Shown piece by piece: positions 1-15,100 of a stretch of 64,000 bases of DNA. Origin of the DNA: Antedon mediterranea. Lineage: Eukaryota; Animalia; Echinodermata. The translations under genes were made by a program, and so were the position numbers. Each line of letters starts with the position of its first letter. Within the stretch, counting starts at the first letter, position 1. A model generated the notes under the pieces. It saw only the letters and a program-made list of their open reading frames with translations, did no database searches and was not told the DNA's origin. The DNA is taken from positions 16,324,871 to 16,388,870 of the forward strand of contig NC_092676.1 of NCBI RefSeq assembly GCF_964355755.1, written 5' to 3'.

Positions 1-134
1 AATGCATTAAAATATCCTATCATTTTGAAGAAAAAACTCAGGTATCACAACAAATCAACAATGTTTAAAGCTAAATTTAAGTTAAAGTTTAGTCAATATT
101 AATAATACCTAAATTGATTGCATAATTTTCTCAC

Positions 135-3100
135 CTTCCACAAAGCATATACAATAGCAAACAGAAATACAAGACCGACAAACACACTAACAACCACCGC
201 AGCAGGGCTTATGCGACGCTGAGTCGATACCTTGTCAGTATCGGGCACCAATGTAGTGATTACCTAAATGAACATAAGATAATATATATAATAAAAAAAA
301 ACAATTATCTATATATAAATTTACGTAAGGGCAAAATTCGGTAAATCACGCCTTACTTCTAGAATTTTTACTCGATGGTATATAAAGTTGGTTCGTACTT
401 TTGGTACTGATTTTAACCGCCTGATGTAACCCTGTTTACTAATTAAATTGAGTTAGATAATTAGTTATTGACGATTAAAACGAATTTAGGTTCAACGATT
501 TGCCCCAAATAGGGGTGTTTTCCGATCGTGGTATACACTGTCTAATGGATGTCCAACTTGAAAAATACCCGCACACAATAATACGAGGACGCTTCGCATT
601 TTCCTATCTCCTCCTACGATAATTGTTTTTAATAGCTGAAAACCGGTTGAACTGCTCGAGTACAGCATCATAATGTTGAAGACAGGCCGATTTTCTTTAA
701 AAAATACTATTTTGATAGATTTAATTTACGTTTTTACAAATGTATTGATTTGCGATGAATGGAACATTCCAATCTCTCAGTCTGCCAGTTTGGTTTAACA
801 CAAGTAGGTAAATTTATGAGCCCTTGGAGAATAAACTTGCAATACTTTGACAATACAGTACTGCAAATACCGATTAACCATTTTTGGTCGTCATTTGAAT
901 CGAACATTTCTTACTGTGAATACTGTTAGATGTAAAAAAATATATAGGCCTACAAACATTTCTTACTGTGAATACTGTTAGATGTAAAAAAATATATAGA
1001 AATAAACTTTATTACTGTGATTATGGGTAGGCTCTACTGTTAATATACACACGTAATATACAAATAAACTTTATTACTGACAGTTGCTTCTCAACGTTTG
1101 CATTAATTAATAATTACAAAAAATATAAACGTCGTAGTGGTGTATCGTTACATGTACTTTACTATTTCAATCGACTATGACAGTGACAGTTTTAACAAAG
1201 TATTAAATCGCAAATGTTTTACTATATTTAGTCACCGTTAGTGGTATATTATTTATAGGCCTATAAAAAATGAAAACAATATTTCGTTACTGTCGACGTC
1301 GATAAAGAATATATTTAAAAATTGTTCCTCTCTGTACCTATCCTCTTTCCCATCCCTCAACCCTAATTGGGTTTCTTTAAATGAATAAACAATTTGGACC
1401 CATTTTGTGGTAAGTTTCTCTTATTTTTGGTCGTCATTTGAATCGAACATTTCTTACTGTGAATACTGTTAGATGTAAAAAAATATATACAAACATTTCT
1501 TACTGTGAATACTGTTAGATGTAAAAAAATATATACAAATAAACTTTATTACTGTGATTATGGGTAGGCTCTACTGGTAATATACACACGTAATATACAA
1601 AACTTTATTACTGACAGTTGCTTCTCAACGTTTGCATTAATTAATAATTACAAAAAATATAAACGTCGTAGTGGTGTATCGTTACATGTACTTTACTATT
1701 TCAATCGACTATGACAGTGACAGTTTTAACAAAGTATTAAATCGCAAATGTTTTACTATAAATTTAGTCACCGTTAGTGGTATATTATTTATAGGCCTAT
1801 AAAAAATGAAAACAATATTTCGTTACTGTCGACGTGGATAAAGAATATATTTAAAAATTTTTCCTCTCTGTACCTATCCTCTTTCCCATCCCTCAACCCT
1901 AATTGGGTTTCTTTAAATGAATAAACAATTTGGACTCATTTTGTGGTAAGTTTCTCTTTTGGAAGTAATTCCCAGGGTGCTAATTTTGTTTGACTACATA
2001 AATCATTGTGTCTACTTATTCGTTTCTGTAAACGACAATGTATTATAGTCCTGCGGTACGTGCATTTGAAATCGCCAGATTTTTTACCCTGAAATTACTG
2101 TGTATTCGAGAACCATCTGTGGGCACGACATAGATGGTACGCGAGCGAAGCGAGCGTACCATCTAGTATAAGTAAACAACCATTGTATTTACTCGCCATT
2201 ACCTTGATATTTTGGGGTGGCGCGGACGTGGTTAAGTTATCTTTTTTACCATCGTGACGATTAATCACAATGCGACTAAAACTATATAAGTCATTCAATG
2301 TGACTATTATTTACCATTGTGGAAGTTGAATTCCGATGAATAGAGAATCCAATACATTCACTGAGGACAAACAATATCTAGATTTACAGTCCCAATCATC
2401 ATCATTTAAATGTTAATTTGGACTTTGTTACTTATGTGTGATTATGAATGTAAACAATAAATTACCCTATATACTCCTTTTGTTGAGGTCACGATTGGTT
2501 TTGTAGCACTTTGTTCATTCCTTAAAACAATAGCATTCGATACGAACGACACAACATGTGTTAAAACCTGAAACATAATCGTAAATGTAACAGTCATAAT
2601 ACCTATTGGTAACTACTTTTTTAGATTGCTCTGGTCGTCGTTTGTTACCGTTGTAATTTCTATCGTTAAACCTATAATAGTTTGCGTTAATATCGTCATC
2701 GCTTTCTTGTAAATGCAATGAATTGTTACCACCATATTTATCATCACAATGACTGTTTACCGTCGATACGCGTCGTCTTATTTAAAATGTATCACTCTTA
2801 CCCTGTTCTTTGTTGACACCGATTTGTCACTGTTACCGTCTTTTTTTTTTGTTACAGCCGTTTACAACAGTTTACCATCGTCGTCGTTATTGCGGTTGCT
2901 TTTATTTCGTCATAGTTTTTTTTTTTAAATTAGAGCGTTTTTTTTAAATTTCGTGATGGCAGACGAAAGTACGATGAAGAGATACCACAATGACACACCC
3001 TTATCATTGAAATCGTCACTGAAACTGTCGTAATTGCAGTTTCCAACGTTACTATCACTACCATGTAATTCATGGTAGCTTTTATGAATGCAATTAACTT

Positions 3101-6100
3101 GAAGTTGTAATACAGAACATTACCTTTTTGTAATCAATAGCGGCTGATATTTCTACGATCGAGCTCTTGTCAACTTGAAGTTCGGGAAGAATACATCTAA
3201 TAATATGACAGTCAGTATTTGGACAATTCTACAAAGAAGCAAGTCTTTATTTGTTATTGTATTCATGTTTCATATGTTGTGAGTAATTAGATTGCTTGTA
3301 TTACCGGTATATATTCTAATACATTGTATACTATACCATAATATTATCAAAACTTCGTTTTATAGAGTCTTCGTCGTTCATTATTTTGACACATAATCCA
3401 TCTCCAATTATCTGATAATTTAAATGTCAATGCGATGTTAACATTGATAATACGACAAAACATGAATACAATATGCACATGAATGGCTGATGTAGAAATA
3501 ATTAATTAATTTTTGAAAATGTTGGCTGTATAGGCCATAGATAATAGACATTTATAAACAATGTATAATGGTAATAGTATTGACTTATTTCCTTTCATTA
3601 CATAATGCAACTTATAAAACTAATGTGGATAAGTCATTCTTAAGATATATTTTATTTCATTTAGTTTAAAGAAAAAGAAAAAGGTTTGGTGATGATATAT
3701 AAAAATGTAACAACGATTCATATCTCTTTCAAGGATGTAAAATGATTAAAATGATGGGCATAAAAAGATATTTAATTATACAAAATGTAATTTTCTGAAA
3801 ATATACGACGACAAATTTCAAAATTGTAATATGATAGAAATAGGCTCATGCGTCATTTTAATTGTACACTACGGACATATACTACCCATAATATACTAAT
3901 ACATTGAATCAGAGTAGGATCTAAGTAGAAACTAGCCATACTATTATTTGGACAAAGGAGAAAGATGTGGACGTAGCATGTTTTTATTTAACTAAATTTT
4001 ATTTGTTGAATACAATTAGAGGATAACACCCACCATGATTAAATGAGAGCACAACTTTAGTAACTGTAACTTCAAACCTACCTTTACCGACTTAATATCA
4101 ACAGTAACTATGTTGTTCAACACACTAGGAATTTGAATATCAACATTAACTTCCGAATCAATATAGCTAGGACCAAAATTACGAATCTAAAATATAGATT
4201 AAAAAGATTCTTTAGAAAAAACATTTTTAATATTTAATAGCAATCTTGAAATGCAATAATAACAAATAAATAAACAACTTCTTTAAATTGGGTAATCAAT
4301 CAAATAATTTCATGAAATATACCCCTGTTTCGTATTTTTCTTGACTCTAACAGGTTCTTATAGTCATAATAAGAATTATCTGTATTAGTATCAGATAAAT
4401 TTGTGTTTTGTCTTTTTATTAGACAAAACACGGTTTGATACGGTATTAAAGAGTAAGTTGACTCAATAATATAGGCCTAAAACGATTCTTCGTAAATTAT
4501 GACGACGAGACTTCAAGCCTAAATGTATTTGTCTTTTATAAAAAACGTACAGTGTCTTAATATTAGTAAATCCAGATGTTTCATTCTATAACCGTGATGT
4601 CTTGATAATATGTTTATTTGATTGTAAACGACAATATTTTTTAAAAATTACAATATAATTTATCTAAATAATGTTCACATTAATTTACAGTGTAAATCAT
4701 AGGATAATATTTATATTTTTATCAACGTTTTAATTCTTCCTAACTCTAATGAGGATTTTCTAAAGCAATATTTATAGTTCTGTACTCACGGCGAAGATTA
4801 ACTTGAATCTGTGATCGCCGTAGCATGTTCCTCTTTGTAAAGCAGGACTAATTGTTATATTATTTAAACAATCATTCGTGTGAAGACTGTCGTGAACAAT
4901 CTGTTCAGGTATCGATATTCTTATCAAAGAGAAATAGTAGTAGAAATAAAATTATATAAATAGTACAATATATTATAATAATACATAAATATTAAAGAAT
5001 AGTATTGAAATATTTTTTTTCTTTTGGATGATCCATAGATGGCTCTACTCCAACTACGAGATTTCATGGTAACAATTCCAAGTTACATAGACTCACTCAT
5101 AATTAAGCTGTGTCGCTGAACCAGCAAAAGCTAGAGTAAAAACGTTTTACGGTTTTAATCCCTTTGGATCATCCAAAAGAAAAAATTATTTGAATACTAT
5201 ACAGAGATCCAGATGAACCTTTATACTAATATTACAGAATACATTACTCGCATACAAATAAGTTGAATTTTTACATTAAGTTTGGATGCACATTATGTAT
5301 CTTATGGCTTTTACAACACATAAGTTCTCTGTAATTGTATCAGCAATTTAAAAGTCAGTTGATTTGTTAAAAATGATTTTCAGTATTTTATATAAAAATT
5401 GCATACTTTACGGGAGATCCGCACTCTTCCCCAGACTAATCAGGACAAGCCAACTTTTATACAATTATATTAAATTATAACTAAACAACTATCATCATCA
5501 CATCATCATCTCCATGATTAACAAAATATATCGATTAAAATTGTATACAAACCCTGTTATTTTAATGTCAGCAGATACTACCAATGGAATTTTGAGGTGA
5601 AAGACATCTTCAGGTGACGAAACATTATCTGCACTGGCAGAAATCTGGAAGCTGAAATTATCTCCTACGAGGGAATCCCATGAGCTTACAGTACCAAACG
5701 TCATCGAAACATTATACTAAAGTTAAATTGAGAAAATAAACGGTTTTAATATTAGCAATCACAGATCAATAAAAACAAGTCTAATACGAATGTTTATTTA
5801 CAATTATACCATCAAAATACCAAAATACAAATTGATCAGATGTTTGCCTACTCTGACGTTACGCTATCTGACGCTTCTAGTTCGCAGTAGGTAAAATTAT
5901 CATCCTGAAGTACACTACCTTCTGCTTCATTTGAACTAAATCTAACCCTATCAATCAGCACAAACTTGACGGTCTAGAGGCTAGTAATCTGGAAGTCTTG
6001 GGTTCGAGTCCTACTTACTTACTTGTGAATTTTATCAATAATGTAGGCCTACATAAGCATACTGTACAAGGGCGAACAACTGAAAAAAAGCTTCCTGACG

Positions 6101-9100
6101 TAAAACTACTTTCAAGTAATAAAACAAAGTTAAGTAGTTACAGTAAATATATAGGCCTAATTTGATAAGAACTTTCTTACCTTATCATTGAGCAGAAACA
6201 CCTTTGCTATTGAACATTTAAGTAAATATAAATCTATTGAGGTTTGGTATAATTTGCAGTTTATAACTTCTGGCTAAAAAGAAAAAAAGATCACCATCAC
6301 GTGTGATTAGCTGTTAGTACCTCAGGCAGTTAGTGGTTAATATCATTTCCTAACAACAGATCAATATAATGATGATGAATATAATGATTCTCACTGCTTT
6401 AAGAAACTAATAGTATGTACATAGAATAAATATGCAAGAGACTTAAATTGGTATGAACATTTTCAATAGAAATATAAATAATTTTTCTTACTGAAATCTG
6501 ATTAAAATCCACGTATTTAATACGACTAGGAAACTGCATATTTACTTGAACTCCGTATACCATTGGACCAAGGTTTTGAACAGAAACATGCACACTAAAA
6601 GTAGTATCTACGCCAAATTCAAGATGAGGAATATTTCTGTGGCAATCGAATGGAAATGAATGTTTAAAATATAGGAATTAATGTTTGGATTATATACAAA
6701 TTGAGACGTACTACTAAGCTGGAAAAGAAAAGAGTTACACATGAACTGGAAAACCGAATGTATATTTATCGTCACGTAAATTTATCTTGCAGTTTCAACG
6801 CTGACAAAATCTAGGCTATGTCTATTTACAAAAAAAAATATGTTTGTATATTTACCCGCTTGTTCGATAGATTGCATTGATACTTATCTTGTTATTGCAA
6901 TCATAAACAGAGTTACAACTACGAAGTAGAGAAACCTACAAAATAACGTTATCACGAAAAAGTTTAAAGTGGTCCATCGAATGGTCAATTGTACAATGAG
7001 AGCAATTTGTTGAAAAGCAGAAAAATATATTTTGGGAAATAACAAGATTAACTAAACATGTATTTTTAAATATATAGATAAGTTAATCTTTACCGCTCTA
7101 TCAATCCTCAATTAATCGCAATCCGATCGATGAGGCTGGTCGGGTCAAATAGGATTGTGTACAACATGTTTATAACCTTTTCTTTACTTACATTTGAATG
7201 TATGACATTGCAATAATTATTCCATTCAATGAATGCCTACCTCGTTAGAGAATGTGTTTTTCATATTTGGATTCAATATTGGACGGAGTTGAGAAGAAGT
7301 GTTAGTTGGCGTATCATCCACTAAGTCATATGTAATATTGAATGTTGAAGGCAGTATGTAGTTTGCTAGGCTTGCCTGAAATAAAAAATTGACATTCAAA
7401 AAGTAATACAATATAATGCTTATAATATCCAAAAGAGAAAAAAAATAAACGTAAAACGCATAATCTTTTAATTACGGAAGAATTACTTTAATGTAATACT
7501 TATATTACATAGCCTATGTAAATGCGTGATTTGTTGAAATTGCATGACTACCGTTGCGATTCGAAATTGTTATAGATCCTCGAGAAGTGTTATTTTGATT
7601 GTGTAATCAAATGTTATGTGTCAAAAAAATGTGATGTGCCCATATATGGACACGATGATGTCATATCACTACCATATTTAAGCATAGCACTACCATATAT
7701 AGGCAAATCAAACTTTTTTGACACATAAAGTTTGATAGTGTAGACAAGGCTTTAGGCTTATACGTATTCAAAATATTACTAATATTGCTATTGCCACTGT
7801 TAAACGTTACAATAACAGATTTGTTACATTTTTAAACTAAACTTTTGTATTAATCCTTGGCAATTATATTTGTAAAAATACGTATACGTATACATTTATT
7901 TTCCTACCTTTAATAAAACATTCGTGTCGAAACATTGATATTTACGTTGAATTAAAATCATCGTTCCTGAAATGTAGTTCCCAGCATGACTCGTAGAACC
8001 AAATTGATGAGGTTGTTCTTGATTCGATGCAAAATAATCAGCCTTTACTGTGTAGTTAAGTACTATAATAAATAATAAGTACCATCTTCAACATCTAGAC
8101 TAAAATCGTTTAATTTAATGCCGTGTATTTACAGCAAAGATGTTTGCAGATGACACAAAAATATACAATCATCATCAAAAACATTACTGATTGCAATGAT
8201 TTACAGCAGCCTTAAACAATTGTTTTTTTCAAGTTATACCCCATAATTATTTTACAAGACTTAACATTACTACTAACTTTGCTTTTTCCAACCCCCATAT
8301 CTATATATAAATTTACGTAAGGGCAAAATTCGGTAAATCGCGCCTTACTTCTAGAATTTTTAATCGATGGTATATAAAGTTGGTTCGTACTTTCGGTACT
8401 GATTTTAACCACCTGATGTAACCCTGTTTACTAATTAAATTAAGTTAGATAATAAGTTATTGACGGTTAAAACGAATTTAGGTTCCAAGATTTGCCCCAA
8501 ATAGGGGTGTTTTCCGACCGTGGTATACACTGTATAATGGATGTCCGTCTTGAAAAATACCCGCCACAAAAATGCGAGGAGGCTTCGCATTTTCCTATCT
8601 CCTCCTACGATAATTGTTTTTAATAGCTGAAAATCTATATATAAATTTACGTAAGGGCAAAATTCGGTAAATCGCGCCTTACTTCTAGAATTTTTAATCG
8701 ATGGTATATAAAGTTGGTTCGTACTTTCGGTACTGATTTTAACCACCTGATGTAACCCTGTTTACTAATTAAATTAAGTTAGATAATAAGTTATTGACGG
8801 TTAAAACGAATTTAGGTTCCAAGATTTGCCCCAAATAGGGGTGTTTTCCGACCGTGGTATACACTGTATAATGGATGTCCGTCTTGAAAAATACCCGCCA
8901 CAAAAATGCGAGGAGGCTTCGCATTTTCCTATCTCCTCCTACGATAATTGTTTTTAATAGCTGAAAACCGGTTGAACAGCTAGAGTACACCATCATAATG
9001 TTGAAGACAGGCCGATTTTCTTTAAAAAATACTATTTTGATAGATTTAATATACGATTATACAAATCTATTGATTTGCGATGAATGGAACATCCCAATCT

Positions 9101-12100
9101 CTCAGTCTGCCAGAGTTTGGTTTAACACAAGTACTGTAGGTAAATTTATGAGCCCTTGGTTTAACACATACGGTAGGTAAATATATGGGCCCTTAGAGAA
9201 TAAACTTGCGAGATTGTGGATAGGCTCTACTGTTAGATATATAAAAACATTATTATATACAAATAAACTTTATACTGACAGTTCTTTCTCAACGTTTGTA
9301 TTAATTAATAATTACCAAATATAAACGTCGTAGTGGTGTATCGTGACATGGTACTTTGATATTTCAATCGATTATGACAGTGACAGTTTTAACTAAACTA
9401 AATAAAGAATGTTCTCTAATATAATTAGGAATCTCTTGCCATACACGGGAAAAATTAGTGTACAATGAATATTTAAAATAAATAAATAAATAAATAAAAT
9501 AAAAAAAGTATTAAATCGCAAATGTTTTACTGTATTTAGAGGTATATTATTTATAGGCCTATAAAACATGAAAAAAATATTTCGTTACTGAGTGGATAAA
9601 GAATATATTTAAAAATTGTTCCTCTTTGTACCTATCCGCTTTCCCATCCCTCAACCCTAATGTTACATACAAAACACAAATTGGGTTTCTTTAAATGAGT
9701 TCAAATCAAAAACTTAGACTCATTTTGTGATAAGTTTCTCCTTCGGAAGTAATTCCCAGGGTGCTAATTTTAGTTGACTACATAAATCATCGTGTCTATT
9801 TATTCGTTTCTCTAAACGACAATGTATAGGCCTATAGTCCTGCGGTACGTACATTTGAAATCGCCAGTTTTGTTACGCTGAAATTACTGTGTACTCGAGA
9901 ACCATCTGTGGGCACGACCTAGATGGTACGCGAGCGAAGCGAGCGTACCATCTAGTCTATATATAAATTTACGTAAGGGCAAAATTCGGTAAATCGCGCC
10001 TTACTTCTAGAATTTTTACTCGATGGTATATAAAGTTGGTTCGTACTTTCGGTACTGATTTTAACCACCTGATGTAACCCTGTTTACTAATTAAATTAAG
10101 TTAGATAATTAGTTATTGACGATTAAACCGAATTTAGGTTCAACGATTTGCCCCAAATAGGGGTGTTTTCCGATCGTGGTATACACTGTCTAATGGATGT
10201 CCATCTTGAAAAATACCCGCCACAAAAATGCGAGGAGGCTTCGCATTTTCCTATCTCCTCCTACGATAATTGTTTTTAATAGCTGAAAACCGGTTGAACA
10301 GCTAGGGTACAGCATCATAATGTTGAAGACAGGCTGATTTTCTTTAAAAAATACTATTTTGATAGATTTAATATACGATTATACAAATGTATTGATTTGC
10401 GATGAATGGAACATCCCAATCTCTCAGTCTGCCAGAGTTTGGTTTAACACAAGTAGGTAAATTGATGAGCCCTTGGTTTAACACATACGGTAGGTAAATA
10501 TATGGGCCCTTTGAGAATAAACTTGCAATACTTTGACAATACTGTAAATACCTATTAACTATTTTTGGTCCTCATTTGAATCGAACATTTCTTACTTTGA
10601 ATGTTCGTACTGTTAGATGTAATATAAAAATATATACAAATAAACTTTATTACTGAGATTGTGGTTGGCTTCACTGTTAGATATATAAACACATTATTAT
10701 ATACAAATAAACTTTATACTGACAGTTCCCTCTCAACGTTTGTATTAATTATTGATTAATAATTACCAATAATATAAACGTCGTAGTGGTGTATCGTGAC
10801 ATGTACTTTAATATTTCAATCGATTATGACAGTGAGAGTTTTAACAAAGTATTAAATCGCAAATGTTTTACTGTATTTAAAGGTATATTATTTATAGGCC
10901 TATAAAACATGAACAAAATATTTCGTTACTGAGTGGATAAAGAATATATTTAAAAATTGTTCCTCTTTGTACCTATCCGCTTTCCCATCCCTCAAACCTA
11001 ATGTTACATACAAAACACAAATTGGGTTTCTTTAAATGGGACCAAATAAAAAATATTGACTCATTTTGTGATAAGTTTCTACTTCGGAAGTATCCCAGGG
11101 TGCTATTTTTAGTTGACTACATAAATCATCGTGTCTATTTATTCGTTTCTGTAAACGACTGTGTATTGTAGTCCTGAGGTACGTACATTTGAAATCGCCA
11201 GTTTTGTTACGCTGAAATTACTGTGTATTCAAGAACCATCTGTGGGCACGACCTAGATGGTACGCGAGCGAAGCGAGCGTACCATCTAGTTAAATTTAAA
11301 CCAACAAAGGATATCATTTATTGCTGTTGAGTTATGGAACTGTAACATGACATTAAAACTATTGCAAATCGATTTTTATTTATTCAGTAAGGGAATTAAA
11401 TATGTTATTTGGACCGAAATGTAATCACCTATCTTTCACCTATATTTTCCATTGATGAAAATATAATTCTTCAAGGGATATGAAATGTTATATTACACAT
11501 ATCTAAAATACTGTATATTTTACCTATTGTATCTGGTACCATGTGACCATCAAACATTAGGCAAGTCGTAACTGTGGAGCAAGGAATCGCTGCATTTCTT
11601 TGCGTCGTAACACACCCTGAATCTATCTCAAGTATAGAGGAGTTCAGTTGCATTGTTACGTGAATGTCAATCACTGCAGTTGATCTGGAAATATACAATA
11701 ATATGTCTTGATTACAGATAACGAAACGATGAGTGTTATTTATTTATCATTAGAACTATTGAGTCACTAAGGAATTCATAATGAATAAGTGCTAAATGAA
11801 TATAAGCATTTGGATTTAAATTGATATGGATGCCACTACTTTTTGGTAGCTAGCCCTATCAGTCAAATAACCTTTAATTTATTTCTACTATCTCAACATG
11901 TTTGGCAGAAATACCGGTCGAAATATCTTACCTTATCAAAGCAACAGAATCACTATGAAACGCCCCAATTGCTAAGTCTGGATAGCCATTATCATCCACG
12001 TCTATTCCACCTGACAGCGAACTTCCAAATCCTCTTAGGTTTCCGTTAATGGAATGTCCACATATTCGCTATTCAACGATAATATGAAGTATAAACTGGT

Positions 12101-15100
12101 TAGAAATACCTGCTCATATGGAAATAAATATAGTAGCTGATATAGGTAGTTAGGTAATATATTTGTAATTTTGCAATAATGCACACAGCAATATATGGTA
12201 AAAACTTATTGGTTTGAGAAGAAAGACAGATGATAATTAGTTTGGTACAGGATGTAGTAGGAGGTCTAACCATAACAAATGGAATTGGAATAGTTTTTCT
12301 ACTTACGATATACCAAAAATAATTCATGAAGTTGGAAAAGTAGACACGATTAAATTTTGAATCTCACCTGTGCATATTCCTTTCGTATTCCACTTGAAGA
12401 GCCGTGATAAATATATACAGCTCCGGTTATACCTTCATATGGGGCGCCAATGGCTACGTCTGAAATAGATAGGATAAAGATAAAGGATGAATATTATACT
12501 ATTATCTTAAATCTAGTAAAAGATGAAGAACATATATTGCCTTATCTCATTCATAAAAGATGGGATTTCAATGTAATAGTTTACGAGATGGTTTGAAAAC
12601 AATTATTAATTTTAATTATTAGTTTATAAACTACCATGGAATCCGTCACCATTTAGATCGCCTGTAGCAGAAATTGCTGATCCAAATTGCGCGCCAAACG
12701 AACTTGATCCTACAATCTTCCACGAATGAATAATGTCAGTCTAAAAATAGATAAAACACCTTTAAAACAAAACGAATTTATTCTTATCTCTAAACATTTA
12801 TAATTTGGCAGAATTATCTAATAAGCTAATGATTCTTATATGATTATTCACTAATATGTTCCATGTATTCTTAATAATCTCTCAAAAACAAAATACGATT
12901 TAATAATCGTCCAAGATAGAGGTTTTTCTATTTAGAATATGGCTTTAAGAAAAAAAAGCACGAATAATAAAAATGTTCTATTTAGTTGATTAATATTAAA
13001 GAAAACAAAACAAAAGAAATAAAAACAAAACACAACAACTGATATGTTTTAGATGACAAATTTCGTTTTTGTAAAAGCTACAAGTTAACGGAGTACTTAC
13101 TCGGACGTCAAGCATGACCAAGCTGCATTAACACTCCGCAGTCAGTTGAGAATGATCTCTGATAGAGATCAAAACGTCCGAGTAAGTACTCCGTTACCTT
13201 GTAGCTTTTACAAAAACGAAATTTGTCATCTATACAAAATCGAAGCTAAATGAAATTTTTTCATGATATGTTTTAGTTTATTACATTTATGTTGAAGCTG
13301 TATATAAAAACGCTTCCTTGATCTCTCAGTACGTCACTTGATCTGGGTGCTGCCACCAGTAGTTCATCCAAACCGTCTCCATTAAAATCTATAGCAGATA
13401 CAGCAGCTCCAAAATATGAAACGAACTGTAAAAAATAAAACGACTGCTATAAGAAGAATCTCGAACGACAGAGCTTTCATTTTGACCCTGTCAGATAAAT
13501 CATACGCAGCGCTTTTCTCAGGAAACAAATCGGGCACAGTTGGGTGTTGTAAATTTGTCATTACAGCTGCTATATCAGGCAGGTTTGATAGGCGTATTTT
13601 TAAAAACTTTATTCGAATTGTTTTATGCACTGTCTTAACCAGCGCTTTTGATAATGGTTTCATTCTGAGAGCGCTATATCAAATTTGTAATGTAATAATA
13701 TACTACGTTAAATAAATTTACCTCAGATCCAGAAATTTCTTTCAGTAATTCGAAGTTATCGTGGTTGAAAATGATGACGTGACCTTTATGTTTCTTACGA
13801 GGCGCACCTGTTATTCCAACTGCTGCTAACGGCGAAAATAAATATCCAGAAGAAACCGAATATCCTATAGAAATATATATAACAAAATCTAAATCAGCTT
13901 ATGAGTCAAATTATGCTAAAGTAAATAAACGTCGTCAACAAAATGAGGATTTACCAATGTACTGCTTTTGTCGTTCCGTTGAATCCCATCTTCCAGTGTC
14001 TGCAACTCGTGTCATACCACCTTTCGTAGAAATGACAGTACCTTCAAAGAACGAATACAAATAGATGCTATTATCGAGCAGCAAGATATTATAACGTAAT
14101 ACAGTAAAAAGATTTCATATTTCAGTTCTTTCATTTTTTTCTCTCATGCATTGTAATAAGAAATATGATAAAATCATGTTCAGTAAAGCATCTCAAAATA
14201 ATTTAGTTTGAATGTCTTTTCTATACAATTTACAAAGAACTTAGTAGGAAGTATTGATGTTTTAAAGCAAATAATTACGTCTATTTCACATCTATTTTTA
14301 CGGCAGTATGTACGATAAATAATAAAGAATATTCAGAATCAGAAAAAGAGAAAAGAACCTTTCCATGACTGGTAACCAACAGCTCCAAGTACTAGCGACC
14401 TTGAACCTTTTCGATATACTGCACTTATACCAGCTTGACAAAAGCTGTAATCAAACGCATTCAACCTCGATTGCTCCTCTAATACAATTCAACAAAATAA
14501 CACTTTAATAGTCATTTGATGCAATACAATACATTATAAAATGCAATATAAAAAATACATTGCATACATTGTAACAATTTGTTTTTTGTTTTTTAATTTA
14601 CTTACCGTACATACAAGGTCTATGTTTTACCACAGTATCGCAATTTAAGTGTGAATCAATTACGTAACATAAACCATTTGCACTGAAGAAACCTGAAGAA
14701 TAACGATTCTTCCATAAATGAGAACACACCTATAAAATAAATGTTCAGTCAATAAAACACAATACAATACAATATCCATTGCAAATGCTTATCTTTTAAT
14801 GGTTAAAATAGGCCTAATATTTGCACATAGGTATAGTTACTATTTTGATTATGATCATTATACAGATACACACATTATGGTGGAACAGTGAAAGCTAACA
14901 ATGGTATTGCTATGATTTTCACTATGGTGTGATTTATTGTTTGATTTACTGAGTATAATACGTTCCTGACAAAACTTCGGATTACTATTTCAACTTTAGA
15001 CTTACAGCTATTTCACCGTTAATGCTATTTCGAGTAAGAGACACTCCAAGCCATCCATTTCGCTTATCTTCGCGAATCGACGGAAAGTGACTTCTCGATC

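Noticed and set aside
1-45. FFFKMIGYFNA as the integrin GFFKR exon
   Set aside because: No in-phase splice acceptor; the real exon is probably outside the window.
5970-6015. tRNA-like GGTTCGAGTCC
   Set aside because: Only a B-box fragment with no cloverleaf; likely a decayed SINE head.
8212-9180. Repeated short ORFs (MVKISTES.., ..[10 protein letters not shown]..)
   Set aside because: Chance frames within Helitron copies; no Rep or helicase motifs.
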